A stretch of 64,000 bases of DNA, taken from NCBI RefSeq assembly GCF_009914755.1, contig NC_060940.1; one strand, written 5' to 3'. The notes beneath the pieces were generated by a model. The model was given only the letters and a program-made list of their open reading frames with translations, searched no databases and was not told where the DNA came from. Positions within the stretch are counted from its first letter, which is position 1. Every line of letters starts with the position of its first letter. The DNA is from the human T2T-CHM13v2.0 reference genome, Homo sapiens. Below, one piece after another: positions 36,801 through 55,690 of this stretch. The position numbers and the translations under genes were made by a program.

Positions 36801-37046
36801 GCTTGTTTCTGGATTTTATCATGGGACACTTGTTTCTTCATCATAGGTCTCAATGGGCTCAGGAATATCTCTTTGTAGATTGCACAAAAAGAGTATTTCT
36901 GCCTGCTGAATCAAAACAAAGCTTTAACTCTTTGAGACTACTCCACACATCAAAAAGCATTTTTACAGATAGGGTTGTTCCTAGTTTTTATCACAGGATA
37001 TTCAGTTTTTCACTATAGGCCTCAATGAAATAAGAAATGTCTCTTC

Positions 37047-37122
37047 TTTTTTTTTTTCTTTTTTCTTTTATTATTATACTTTAAGTTTTAGGGTACATGT
37101 GCACATTGTGCAGGTTAGTTAC
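37047..37122 (-). mobile_element. 76-bp 5'-truncated young L1 (L1HS/L1PA2-type 3' end)
   Basis: Poly(T) followed by ATTATTATACTTTAAGTTTTAGGGTACATGTGCACATTGTGCAGGTTAGTTAC. Perfect 15-bp TSD AAGAAATGTCTCTTC at 37032-37046 and 37123-37137. Confidence 0.95.
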
Positions 37123-39463
37123 AAGAAATGTCTCTTCATAGATTCTAAAAAAAAGTGTTTTCAATGTGTTGAATGAAAAGAAAGGTTTAACTCGGTGAGA
37201 TGAATCCCCAAATCACAAAGCATTTTCACAGATAGCTTGTTTCTAGTTTTTATCGTGGGATATTTGTGTGTTTTTTTCTATTGTCCTCAATGGGCTAGAA
37301 AATGTCCCTTTGCAGATCCTATGAAAAGAGCGTTTCCAACTTGTAGAATCAAAACAAAGTTTTAACTTTGTGAGATGAATCCACATATTGCAAGGCATTT
37401 TTACAAATATCTTGCTCCTAGTTTCCATTGTGGGATTTTCAGTTTTTCAGAGTAGGTCTCAATTGGCTAAGAAATATTTCTTTGTAAATGATACAAAAAA
37501 AAGTGTTTTCAACCTGTTGAATGAAAACAAATGTTTAACTAGGTGAATAGAATCCAGATATTGCAAAGCATTTTTGCAGATAGCTTGTTTCTAGTTTTTA
37601 TAGCAAAATATTCAGTTGTTCACTATAGGCCTCAATGGACTCAGAAATATTCCTTCGCAGATTCTACAAGAGTGTTTTCAACCTGTTGAATCAAAAGAAA
37701 GGTTTAGCTTTGTGAGAAAAATCCATGAATCACAAAGCATTTTCACAGATAGCTTGATCCTAGATTTCTAGATTTCATTGTGGGAAATTCTGTTTTTACA
37801 GTAGTATTCCACGGGCTTAGATATATCCCTACATAGATTCTACAAAAAAGTGTTTTTAACATTTTGAATCAAGTTAACCATTTAACTCTGTGACATGAAT
37901 TTCCATATCACAAAGCATTTAAAAGATAGTTTGTGTCTAGTTTTTATTGTGGGATATGAGGGGTTTTTTTTACTATAGGCTTCAATTTACTCAGAAATGT
38001 GTCTTCAAAGATTCTACAACAAAAGTGTTTCCAGCCTGGTGAATCAAAATATGGGTTCCATTCATTGTAATGAATCCACATATCACAAAGCATTTTCCCA
38101 GATAGCTTGTTTGTAGTTTTTATCATGGAATATTCAATTTTTCAATATAGAGCTCAAAGGGCTCAAAAATATCCCTTTGCAGATTCTACAAAAAGAGTCT
38201 TCCCAACTTGTTGAAACAAAACAAAGATTTAAGTCCCTGAGATGAATCCACACATCACAAAGCATTTTCACAGATACCTTGTTTCTTGTTTTTCTCACAG
38301 GAAATTCGGTTTTTCCCTATATGCCTCAATGTGCTCAGAAATGTTCCTTTGTAGATTCCACAAAAAGAGTGCTTTGAACCTGTGTTCCATTTGCTGTGAT
38401 GAATCCACATATTACAAAGTATTTCCATAGATAGCTTGTTTCCAGTTTTTAAGGTGGGATATTCGGTTTTTCACTATAGGCCTCAATGGGCTCAGAAATG
38501 TCCCTTCGTATACCCCACAAAACTTGGTGAATCAAAAGAAATCTTTACCTCTTTTAGCTAAAAACACAAATTGCAAAGTATTTCACAGATAGCTTATTTC
38601 TAGTTTTTATAGAAGGATATTTTGTTTTCCATTACTGGCCTCAATTTGCTCAGAAATATAAATTCTTACCTTCTACAAAAAGAGTGTTTTTCATCTGTTG
38701 AATCAAAACAGCATCTTAACTCTGTGAGATGAATCCACACATCACAAAGCATTGTCACATATAGCTTGTTTCTAGTTTTTATTGCAGGATATTCGGTGTT
38801 TCATTATAGGCCTCAATGAAATCAGAAATGTTCCTTCATAATTTCTACAAAAAAAAAAGTGTTTCCAACCTTTTGAAACAAAAGTAAGATTTAATTCAGT
38901 GAGATGAATCCTTACATTTGAAAGTATTTTCACAGATAACTTGTTTCTAATTTTTATTGTTGGATATGCTTTTTTTTCTATTGGCCTCATTGGGCTAGGA
39001 AATGTCCCTTTGTAGATTCTACAAAAAGAGTGCTTCCAAACTATTAAATCAAACAAAGGTTTAATTCTGTGAGATAAATCCACACACTGCAAAGAATTTT
39101 CACACAAACTTGTTTCCAGATTTTATCTTGGGATATTCAGTTTTTCACTATGGTACTCAATGGGCTAAGAAATATGCTTTTGTAGATTCTACAAAAAGAG
39201 TGTAACCAACCAGTTGAATCAAAACAAAGATTTAACTCTGTGAGATGAATCCACACCTTGTAAAGCATTTTCAAAGATAGGATGTTTCTAGTTTTTATTG
39301 CAGGATATTGTTATTCACATTAGACCTCAAGATGCTCAGAAATGTCCCTTTTCTGATTCTATGAAAAGGATGTTTCCAACTAGTTGAATCAAAACAAAAG
39401 TGTAACTCTCTGAGATGAATCCACACATCGCAAGTCATTTTCATAGGTAGCTTATTTCTAGTT

Positions 39464-42975
<3,512 letters not shown>

Positions 42976-43036
42976 CACAAAACAGAGGCCAGCCATTGGG
43001 AAGGAATTGACGAGACTCCTGAGCTCAGAGGGCACT

Positions 43037-43320
43037 TTTTTTTTTGAGTCAGAGTCTCGCTCTGTCACCCAGGCTGGAGTGCAATAGCGTGATCTGGGCT
43101 CACTGCAACCTCTGCCTCTCGGGCACAATTCTCCTGCCTCAGCCTCCTGAGTAGCTGGGATTATAGGTGCCTGACACCACACCCAGCTAATTTTTGTATT
43201 TTTAGTAGAGACGGGGTTTCACCATATTAGCCAGGCTGGTCTCAAACTCCTGACCTTGTGATCCACCAGCCTTGGCCTCCCAAAGTGCCAGGATTATAGG
43301 CATGGGCCACTGTGCCTGGC
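43037..43320 (-). mobile_element. AluS
   Basis: Complete Alu dimer with T-tract. TSD CTCAG(A/G)GGGCA(C/T)T. Confidence 0.95.
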
Positions 43321-43384
43321 CTCAGGGGGCATTTAGTCAGGCATAAAGTAGAATTAGTCCTTATCTTCATCTTGTCTCACCCAG

Positions 43385-43705
43385 ATGTTGCCATGATGAT
43401 GGCCGTGGAGGATGGCATGGTGCAGGTAGTGGTTCAGGTGCAGCACCTCCCCCCTCGAGAGTTGGAAGTCAAAAGCAGCCTGTGGTTCAGGTGATGGATG
43501 AGAAGGTGTTTTTGTTTAACACTGAGGAGACCCATGGAGGGTTTCCTGGCCTGAAATTGGGCAGCGTTTATGATGGCTCTAAGAAGAACAAAGACCTGAC
43601 ATTGTCTTTGCTTGGATTTTTGATGAGGTGGCCACATATCAGGATGTGTTCAGCACACAACATACAGCATTGTGGAACGCTTCCTTCAGAGTTACAATTG
43701 CTAAG
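43385..43705 (+). pseudogene. KIF18B pseudo-exon: first coding exon
   Basis: cccag acceptor, then MAVEDGMVQVVV / VQVMDEKVFLFNTEETHGGFPGLK..KDLT / FLQSYNC* spread across frameshifts. The donor reads AT instead of GT. Confidence 0.88.
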
Positions 43706-43834
43706 ATGATAACCTGGGTTCCACTTGTCAATAGCCTTGTGGAACTAGGGCAGGGTTTCATGTTTCTTCTGGCCTCCCACATCTGGGCATGATTTATTGA
43801 GGATAGCTCTGGCCTCTTCATGCTCTGTGTGGCC

Positions 43835-44010
43835 CCATTTATTCATTCTGCTACATGTGAGGCATGTTACTGGGCCTGGGAATACAATAGCAAACCAGAC
43901 CAACGTGGTTTATGTTCTCTTGGTGCTCACAGCCTAGAAGGGAAGAGAAACTGATCACAGAATCACACCGACAAGTATGTGGTTACAAATCAAGGTAAAT
44001 GATATGAGCA
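43835..44010 (-). mobile_element. L2 3'-end fragment in an intron
   Basis: ATTTATTCATT...GGCATGTTACTGGGCCTGGGAATACA...GCTCACAGCCTAG resembles an L2 tail. Confidence 0.6.
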
Positions 44011-44297
44011 AAAAAAAAAAAAAAAAAACTGTGGACCTTTGACAGAATCTAGCCTGGGGAAGGAAGGGATAGCCCACACTCACAATGGAGATCTAGTTGT
44101 CCTGAAATCCACCAGCCTAGGGGGGAGCCAGAACAGACACGTGGAGTATGCCAACACTGCAGTGGGAACATGGGTTGTGTGAGTGGTGGGAGCAGTGGAC
44201 TGGGATACATAAAAGGCAAATGAGAGGGGCATGGGGAGAGAAGGGCTGAGCTGGGCGGCAGTGCACTGGGGCCTCCTCCATGCTCTGTCTTCTGTAG

Positions 44298-44455
44298 TGT
44301 TTGCCTATGGGGTCACTGGGCCTGAGAAGACACTCACCATGCTGAAAAGAGAGGAGACCTCCAGCATCATGGACCTGACCATCAGGTACCTCTACAGGCA
44401 CTTTGAGGACCACCAGGAGGAGAAGCACTTTGAGGTGATCATCACCTGTCAGGAG
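44298..44455 (+). pseudogene. KIF18B pseudo-exon: P-loop
   Basis: tgtag acceptor, then VFAYGVTGPEKTLTML...QEEKHFEVIITCQE (parent VFAYGATGAGKTHTML). The donor reads CT. Confidence 0.9.
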
Positions 44456-44617
44456 CTCAGGCTGCCCTCTGCTCTGCATTTCATTCTTACAACCACCTGA
44501 GGAGGGAAGTGAGTTGGTGGAAGACAGAATGGTAGAAAACAAAGAGTTGGGGCCCAATGAGAGCTTATGGCATAGATATAGCTCAGCGAGATGCTGCATA
44601 AGAATGACCCCCACCCA

Positions 44618-44966
<349 letters not shown>

Positions 44967-45136
44967 TGACCCCCCCACCACTTCACCATGCTCTTATCAT
45001 TTAACGTGGTCCTGTAAAATGTCACTTATACAAGGGGTCTCAGATACGCCCCAGCCCCATGCTTCCTCCTCCAGCATCCAGGAAGAGAGATTTTCTGATG
45101 GACCCCTCTCCCTCAAGTTTTTTCCTTTCCCTTCAG

Positions 45137-45241
45137 GTGTACAATGAGCAGATCCAGGACCTCCTGGAGCCCAAGGAGCCCCTTGCCATCTGTGAGGATC
45201 TGGGCAAAGGGGTAGTGATAGAAGGACTTATTTTCCACCAG
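45137..45241 (+). pseudogene. KIF18B pseudo-exon
   Basis: ttcag|[35 protein letters not shown]|gtgcgg. The exon is 105 bp with both splice sites intact. Confidence 0.92.
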
Positions 45242-45454
45242 GTGCGGGATTGGGCTTAGGTGGGATGAGCAATCACATTGGCCCTCCAGGGTTTCTTCAT
45301 AAAACTGTTTGGAGATGCCCTGGGTCCTGTGACGATGGTGGCAGTGGTGGCAGCAAGGAGGATTGACATTCATTCTGAAGCGCAGCTTTTTCCATCAGAG
45401 GAAAAGTCCTGGTGGGGGATCCCACAGCCATGCTCCTTGGCCTCTTCTCTGTAG

Positions 45455-45561
45455 CCAACCTAAGCAGAGCAGGGGAGATGCTGACCAGGGGGACCCATAA
45501 CTGCATGCGGCATTCCACTGATGCCAGTGCAACTCCCTCCCACTCCCATGCCATCTTCCAG
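45455..45561 (+). pseudogene. KIF18B pseudo-exon: switch I
   Basis: tgtag|PT*AEQ, then a frameshift, then EMLTRGTHNCMRHSTDASATPSHSHAIFQ|gtgaga. Confidence 0.9.
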
Positions 45562-45642
45562 GTGAGAGGGATCATGAGTCAGAGCCTGAAGTGGGGGCTT
45601 CTAATGCCCCACTTCCCCACAATCCCTGCCATCTGCTCCCGG

Positions 45643-45840
45643 GTCTTTGAGAACCAGCAGAACTGGGATCCAGAACTAACCCAGGATGTTCAGGTGATGA
45701 AGATAAGCCTGATTGGCCTGGCTGATGCTGAGGTGACATCCAGTACCCAGGAGAACAGGGATCAGCTTCGGGAGGGTGCCAACATCAATCACTCTCTGCT
45801 GGCGCTCATCAACATCCTCAATGCCCTGGCTGATGCAAAG
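45643..45840 (+). pseudogene. KIF18B pseudo-exon: switch II
   Basis: VFENQQ...KISLIGLADAEV...LREGANINHSLLALINILNALADAK. The acceptor reads GG and the donor is lost. Confidence 0.9.
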
Positions 45841-45972
45841 ACTAAGCAACACAGACCAGCACCTACCACAGGATAGCAACTGAGTGTCTGAACCCTGGGC
45901 CAAAGGTTTTCAGGCCTCACGTGGGACACTCTAGTCAGCCACCTCACCCCACACCTGCTCACTGCCCCACAG

Positions 45973-46148
45973 GGCCACAAGACCCATGTGCCCTGCAAGG
46001 ACAGCAAACTGGCCTGCCTTCTCAGACTCCCTCAGGGGTAACTGCCACATGGTGATGATTGTTGCCATCAGCACCTCCAGCCTGGCCTACAAGAACACAT
46101 AAAACACCCTCACATATGCTGACTGGGCCAAGGGGATTGGGTTCCCCA
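45973..46148 (+). pseudogene. KIF18B pseudo-exon: end of motor domain
   Basis: cacag|GHKTHVPCKDSKLACLL, then a frameshift, then [37 protein letters not shown]|gt. Confidence 0.9.
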
Positions 46149-46803
46149 GTGTGTGCCATCAAGGGCCAGCTTGGGTGCGGTGGGAGCCCTCATCCTGGGA
46201 GCAAGAAGAAACAGAACCCAGACAGATCTCTCAGATTCCTGGAACAAGTGTTTCTCAAGGCAGAAGAAAGAAGCTCTTCTGTCTCTATGGAGATTCTCTG
46301 TGATAGTAGCAATAGAATCCCCATGCTTGGATGGGAAGTTGCCAGCTGGCAGAGGTAAGATGGTCTTCAAAATGAAGGGAGATAGCAGGAGAGGTGGTCT
46401 TTTATTAGCCAGTGGTCTAGTCCAAGCTTGTTTTTAGCAACAGAAGCATATTTTCAGCAAAATATGAACACCAATATATGGTTTCTGCTGCATCTGCTTG
46501 GCCTCTCCCTCTCTTCCACCCCCACGGGGCCCTGGCTCTCCTGGAGCCACTGTGGAGCAGTGGCCTGAGCCTGGCAAGAATGTCTTAGTCATAGAGTCAG
46601 GGGTCTTAGGCCAAAAGGATACCTTCTACCTTTGCTCTGGCCCCAGGCATGGCACTGACCTTCTTTGGTGTGTTTCCCTATTTGTGCAGGTGGGTCACTG
46701 TGACATGAGTGAGATGCCTAGTGCAGTGTCTAGCCATCAGAGGTGACTGATAAGAGCTGCTTTGAATAAACAAACAAATATCTCCCTGTGCCCTAAATCT
46801 CAG

Positions 46804-46877
46804 CTGAAGAACAATTTAATCAGCCAGAACTGTCACTTCAGCTGGTATACCACGATCTGCCAACAAATCCAGGCTGG
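46804..46877 (+). pseudogene. KIF18B pseudo-exon: neck
   Basis: ctcag|LKNNLISQNCHFSWYTTICQQIQA|gtgagg (parent [25 protein letters not shown]). Confidence 0.85.
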
Positions 46878-47017
46878 GTGAGGCACCAGCCTGGGGAACA
46901 GGCTTGGGGACAAAGAGCAAGAAGCAGAAGCTTGGGAGTATCACTGGGCCTCTGTACACATCCCTCACCTCCTGGGCTCAGCTGGGGTTCTGAGGGGCCG
47001 GGCTTCTTCTGCTACAG

Positions 47018-47113
47018 GTGGCTATTGTGAGGAAGAAGCTTGAGGTGTATGAGGAGGGAGCCTGGCCCCCACAACAGAACCTTCCATAATCCCCATAGGG
47101 ACACCACAAAACA
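47018..47113 (+). pseudogene. KIF18B pseudo-exon
   Basis: tacag|VAIVRKKLEVYEEGAWPPQQNLP*SP*...|gtgaa. Confidence 0.82.
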
Positions 47114-47530
47114 GTGAAATTCACTGCCCACTCTGCCTCTACCCTGCAGCTTGGCCAGGACAGGAACCAGTTCCCCTCCTCCAGATCCTGGAGGTCAGTG
47201 ACTCCTTGCTTCTGTTCCAATACCTAGGGTTAAGGATTCCCATCCAGTGCCCAGCAACTGATTGTCACTTAGAATGCTCTGTGTCAAATGAGTAAATGGC
47301 ATTGAAGCCCATATGAACAGGACCTATTATTCAAGAGATGGTGAACTTAGGGTTTGTGTTATTGTTTCTCAAACCAGAAAACCCCTGACTCCTTTTTCCA
47401 CACTCAGCTACCACCCAAGTGTCCTCTCCTTACAGACTCTGAACTTCCTTGATGCTACAGAGATTTCACTGACTCCCTGCTCTCCCACCTGCCCCACACC
47501 CTGCTTCTCACATCCTTATTTCCCCCTTAG

Positions 47531-47657
47531 ATTTTCTACTCCCTTTCCCACTGTACCCTCCCACTCAGCCCTGCACCCAAGAGCTCCCTGCAGGACCTCA
47601 AACCCTTCAAGAGAAGAACCTGGGACAGAAGCCCAAGTGAAGAGTGTCATGGAATAG
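47531..47657 (+). pseudogene. KIF18B pseudo-exon, 5' part only
   Basis: cttag|...PPTQPCTQELPAGPQTLQEKNLG / EAQVKSVME. Homology stops after this point. Confidence 0.8.
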
Positions 47658-48289
47658 TCAAACACAAGAGGGATGGAGCCTGCCATCCAGGCCTGTGCAT
47701 TTTTTTAAATACCCAGTTATATCAATAGTCTTATCTTCCTTATAATGTGTGATTCATGATATAGAGATATAGATGTGGTTCATGATATAGAATGAGTTGC
47801 CACTATGTCCATTTTAATTTTAATTCTTCCTTTTTTCAAAAAGGCCTGAGGCAGTGTTATAAAAAGAGTTTTTGTTCTCTAAGCACATAGCGACTGAGGG
47901 CAATGGAGGGGGTTTGGAGATGTCCAGGCAGGTAGATACTTGAAGATAAATCATTTCCATAGATAATTCACACTTAATAATTATTCATATTCCTTTATTA
48001 TAGGTGTGCCTTACAGAAAAAAATACTTTATTGGAATCTAAATTTACAACAATAATTGCATTACCCTGATAATTTCCTTTAAATAGCCCCTCCTAGTGTA
48101 TGTGAAATATGCACTGATTTACAAATACTTTTTCAAGATTTTAATCATCAAATAAAGAGCACAGACTAATGTATTTTTGAGAGTTTTCTCAGAACCAGGA
48201 TGAACATAGCCTATCTTATATAATCTCCTCTTATCCTAATAAGGTAGCCCTATTTTACAGGAAACAATATTTAGCTAAACTTACAGTGC

Positions 48290-48500
48290 TTTTTATGAGC
48301 CACATATTCTTTAAACATTTTGTATGTAATATACTCATCCAACCACCATTCTAATAATAATATTCATTAGTGCACGCATTTGTTAGCACCATTTTAAAGT
48401 TGTGGAGATGGAGATTAATCAATGTGTCCAAGATTACCCAGCTGGGAGATGTTGGAGGAAGAATTTGAGCAGGAAGCTGGCAGTCTGACTTGAGCTGTGT
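48290..48500 (+). mobile_element. MIR fragment
   Basis: CCATTTTAAAGTTG...GTCCAAGATTACCCAGCTGGGA...GCAGTCTGACT resembles the MIR core. Confidence 0.6.
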
Positions 48501-48919
48501 TGTTAGCTGCTCCCTTGCATTGCCCTAGGGTAGATAAACTTATGATCACAGCACTAGCCAGTGACAGATCTGAGAGGAATCTAAGTCCTTCTAAGTCCAA
48601 AACCACTTACTGCCCTTTTTCTATTTCCTAAGTAACTAACTGTCTTTGTCATGCGGTATTTTTAGTGGGTAATACCTCCCACCAGTACCTGCAGCCATCA
48701 CGGCCAGCCTTGGCTTTAATGAAGTGTATGGCAGTGCAGTAGCCATGGCTAAGAGGGTGGTGAGTCTGGCCAGCAAGTCTGGGGTAAGGCAGGAGGGAAC
48801 CAGGGGACCAGTTTAGGTTCCTCAACCACACCTGGAATAATAGGGACAGGTCACAACACAGAAGCCCCTGGTAAGGCTGGGTCTGAGTAAGGGTGAAAAT
48901 TTCCTTCTTTCTGTTCCAA

Positions 48920-49122
48920 GTTGGCCCTGAAGGTGCTGTGCTTGGCCCATAAACAATATTTCCTGCTCCAAGAAGCTAACCTCCTGACCTATATGATCAC
49001 AGAATTTGAGACCATGCAGCAGCTAGTGCAGGAGGAAAAAATTCAGCCTGGGTCAGAGGCCTGCAGAACTTCTGGCCTGGCCAGGGCAGCAACTTTGGAT
49101 CAGGACCTGTGTTCAGAGTCAA
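48920..49122 (+). pseudogene. KIF18B pseudo-exon
   Basis: LALKVLCLAHKQYFLLQEANLLTYMITEFETMQQLVQEEKIQPGSEACRTSGLARAATLDQDLCSES|gtgagt. Confidence 0.92.
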
Positions 49123-49357
49123 GTGAGTCTCACTCCTTCTCTGCCCTGCCTATGGGTGCTGTCTCCAAGGCCCAGCTGGGGCTGAGAGATGTCCAGGGGG
49201 TCTCAGTTGTGGGGTTATGCTACAGTAGAAGTCTGGAACCCTAGGATCATGGGTTTTGTACACAGACAGGCCCCAGGAGACCTGAAAAGTTAGGGGCAAC
49301 TTGATGTCTCCAGCATCTGGCTCTCCAAGTTTTACAAATACTCCTTCCTCTGGCCAG

Positions 49358-49921
49358 TCCCTGATCTTTCCTCAGCACCCTCCTTCTCTCTGCCCAGAGT
49401 CTCCAGGATTCTCTGGCCATGTGACCTGAACCATGGCAGGGTGATTGAGTGGTTCCATACAAACTCTGAGGATCCCACCTGGGCCTGACTGCACCATGGC
49501 CAAGATATCTCAATGTCCCATGAAGACGAAGAGGAGGAGATCATGCCTCTTTGAGCCAGGGAGTTATCTGGCCCCAAAGTGGGTCACCAAATGCTAATAC
49601 CAGTCTCTCCTGCCCTGCCTGAGGAGAGGGGCTCTGCCTGAGACCCAGGCTTCATTTGGGCCCAGCACCCCTCAGGAGGGAAGAGCCTCCTTCCCCTGCC
49701 ATTTTTCTTATGTCTTCTCAGCCACAGTCATCAAACTCTAGATGCCACTGGGCCCTTCCACCATGAAGAATGCTCCCCTCTCTGGCCCCACCTACTTGAA
49801 ATTTCAATGTCATGTTTGATCTCTCTGAGGAGTGTCTCTCATAGCTCAGTTTCCATGAAAGCATTGGCTGGGACAAAGTTCCCCAGGAGCTGAAAAGGCT
49901 GGACCAGCCCTTTGTCCCAAG
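49358..49921 (+). pseudogene. KIF18B pseudo-exon: tail region
   Basis: CPESPGFSGHVT*TMAG*LSG...KRRR...[13 protein letters not shown]...ATVIKL*MPLGPS / FDLSEE...IGWDKVPQELKRLDQPFVP|gtgagt. A second possible acceptor lies at 49397. Confidence 0.88.
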
Positions 49922-50865
49922 GTGAGTCTCCTAGTCTCTCTCCCACCCCTCCTGGCAGGGAGTCAGTGGTCAGCAAGGGACAATGGTGCTGCCAAGAAAA
50001 CTGGAGGATAGCCTGACTCCTGGAGGCAGGATATTTTCTGTCTTTTTCCCTTTGATTGTAATCAGCTTTGCTCTCCAGTCTCAGGAGAGCAGAGTGTACA
50101 GTTGCCAGGGAGGTGGTGTTTCTCTCAGAACCTTGCTTGTCTATGCTGCAAACTATTAACTGTGTGCTTGTTTTTGGCATGCTCATGGGTAGCTGATGGG
50201 ACCCCAACTTGGGAAGAGTCAGCAGAGAACAGGGATGAATGAGGGGAATCCAGTGCTGTCTGTTCCTCTGCTTTGCTTGGGCCCTTCAGCCTGGCTGTAT
50301 TTGGTGTTCCACTGGGAACTACCTATTTCTACCACTTCCATGTTCAATTTTTGCCCTCCAGCTTAGCATGTGAAATAGGGAAGGGGGCCCTCAGAAAACT
50401 TTATTCAGTATTTTCTAGTGAGAAAATGAAGGTCTCACACTTGCCTTCTATGTACATGGCAGGGTAGGGGAACAGCAACCTGCTCAGGACAGTCCAAGGC
50501 CAACACTGAGTGGCAGAGCAACCTGAAATCGGGAGGCAGAGGTCAGCAGTCTGCCCACCGCAAACCCTACCCCTTTCACAGCCTGAGAACCAGCTCTCAG
50601 TATAAAGCTTGGAGCCAAGGAAGTAGAAGGGTGAAAATGTTTGAACTCCAGTATCCTGGATGCATCAGAAACTGACATCTGGATGTCCTTTCTGAGCAAG
50701 CCTGTCACTCAGCTGTCAGCCAGACTGAGTGAGACAGAAACCTCAGAGGTCATCTTGTCCAACCCCCTCCCCCCACACCCCCCAACTGGTGGCTGGAGGA
50801 TGTGGCTGGCCCCACTTTCTTGTTCCCTGTAGGTCAGCTTCCATTCCTTTTTTTTTTCTCTTCAG

Positions 50866-50955
50866 TGGACCCATCTCCTCGTTCACCATGAAGGGCCCCA
50901 AGCCAAAGTCTTTTCTCCCTGGGACTTTAGCCTGTGAAAAGAGGCACATGGTGAG
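50866..50955 (+). pseudogene. KIF18B pseudo-exon
   Basis: ttcag|GPISSFTMKGPKPKSFLPGTLACEKRHMV|gtgagg. Confidence 0.88.
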
Positions 50956-51441
50956 GTGAGGTTTAGGAGGTTTCAGCTGTGGGAGAAAGAGCTTTCACCA
51001 AGGCAGTGGACACCTGGGCCAACTCTGGGCCCACTGTGTGTCTCTGAACCCCTTGGAGAAAGCAGCTGAGGTCCTGTGAGCAAGGGCCTGCATCTAGTTC
51101 TCTGAGGTTTCCTTGGCCCTTGATATTTCAGAATTACTCCAGAGCTGAAATGGGCTACAGTCCCCCTCTTCATTAGAAAGACATTTAGCTTTATTGTCTA
51201 ACCAAGTGATTGGAGTATCTACCCACTCACAGATACTTTCTTCCTATGTCTCAAACCCCACAAGCCTCTCCTCCTTCAGTGTCTCTGCTGCCCTTGGATC
51301 TGGTCCCAAATGTGCCTGTTGATGACCAGCATCCTGAACGCTCAATGCTTAGTGTCTAGTACTTACACCCCCACCAAATGCACACTCACAGTCCAGAGGC
51401 ATGGCTGTAACCTTCTCACGTTTCCTTCTTCCCTCCTTCAG

Positions 51442-51527
51442 CTTCTTAGTCTCCCAGGGCCACTGTCCCAGCACCCACCTTCCCAGCAGCACTCTGAACA
51501 GACCATCTGGGCCGCTTGCAATCCCAG
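51442..51527 (+). pseudogene. KIF18B pseudo-exon
   Basis: ttcag|FLVSQGHCPSTHLPSSTLNRPSGPLAIP|gtgact. Confidence 0.88.
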
Positions 51528-51762
51528 GTGACTGGCACTGCAGATGTTACAAGCCTGAGCCAAAGAGGCAATCAAAGACAGGAAGTAGAAGAGGACAGAG
51601 TGGGCTGAAACCCAGATGAAAGGAGGGCCCAAGGCACTGCCAGGCATCTCAGGGACACTAATGAGAGAGGTGGAAGGTTGGCTGGGGGCAGGAGTACACT
51701 GGGACAGAGACTCAATTTTATCCTTTTTTTCTGCATTTCCCTGACTTTAAAATGACCTGCGG

Positions 51763-51869
51763 AGCTGCCCATGGGTCCCCTCTGACCTAGCAACTGGAGA
51801 AGTGAAAAGATACTCTTTGCAATTGGGAGAGTGCTGTCAGCTGGGAATTGCATCACCAGGGTTTCCTGA
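51763..51869 (+). pseudogene. KIF18B pseudo-exon: last coding exon
   Basis: LPMGPL*PSNWRSEKILFAIGRVLSAGNCITRVS*. The acceptor reads GG. Probable 3'UTR follows to about 52100. Confidence 0.85.
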
Positions 51870-52108
51870 CTCACCAGCCCATCCAGGCTGCCCATGCCAA
51901 CTTGGTCCTAGAGCCACCTACACCAGGAGTCCTGACCTACTTTTCCTCAGAGCAATCAGCCCCAACACACTTTTCCCTTATTAATACATCCTTTCCCCAG
52001 TCATTCTGCTGCTGACCCTCTTCATTAATCTCCTGTTGCACTCGGCTTCTCAGCATGTACATATTCATTTTTGAGGGTTAATGTATTGCTATTTTAAAGG
52101 GTGCTCCT

Positions 52109-53272
<1,164 letters not shown>

Positions 53273-53949
53273 TTATACATAAGTGGAATCTTCTTTGACT
53301 AGTTTTTAAATCTATCACTTTGTATTGTATCATCTAATCTCTTTATTTTTCCCTATTTTCTTCATTTTCATCTTCTATTTTCTTTGTGATGATATGTCTA
53401 TTGGCTTGTTTCTTGTATTTTTTCTAAAGTTATTTTTTTGTTTTTCTTCTTATTTTGCTTCTTATTTGCTTTTCTGAGATCTGTTAGCACTATTTTCTAT
53501 TTTTCTATTGTCTAATCATTCCTATCTCTTCCCAAATCAGCAATATACTGTTCTTTAAAAGCTTCTATTGGTTTTCTAAATATTCTTAATTACTGTTATT
53601 TGAAATATTAGATTATAGCTTTCATCTGTGTTGTATATAATCACAAAACTTTGTTGTTTATAAAAATGTTTTATTGCTTATTATAATTTTTAATCTTGTT
53701 AGCAATTTTAGGAATGCCTGTCTCTCAGAGCCTTCTAATATCACTTTGTCCTCTTTCCCGTTCCAGACATTTGTTTTTATACCAAACAAGTATTGTTGCA
53801 CTTGACAGTTTGGCCCAGCAAAATAATTTTAGTACAAGGATATCTTGTCACTTCATTTGGCTGAAGATGTTTTAATATAATTTTGTTTGTTTTTGTCTTT
53901 AATTCAGTTTCTCTGTTCATTGGGTTATTTTGAAATTTAAAAGATTTAT

Positions 53950-55689
<1,740 letters not shown>

Positions 55690-55690
<1 letters not shown>

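Noticed and set aside
45412-45876. 154-aa kinesin-like ORF as a novel protein
   Set aside because: It is two pseudo-exons joined by an in-frame 81-nt intron (45562-45642), and the switch I and II motifs are destroyed.
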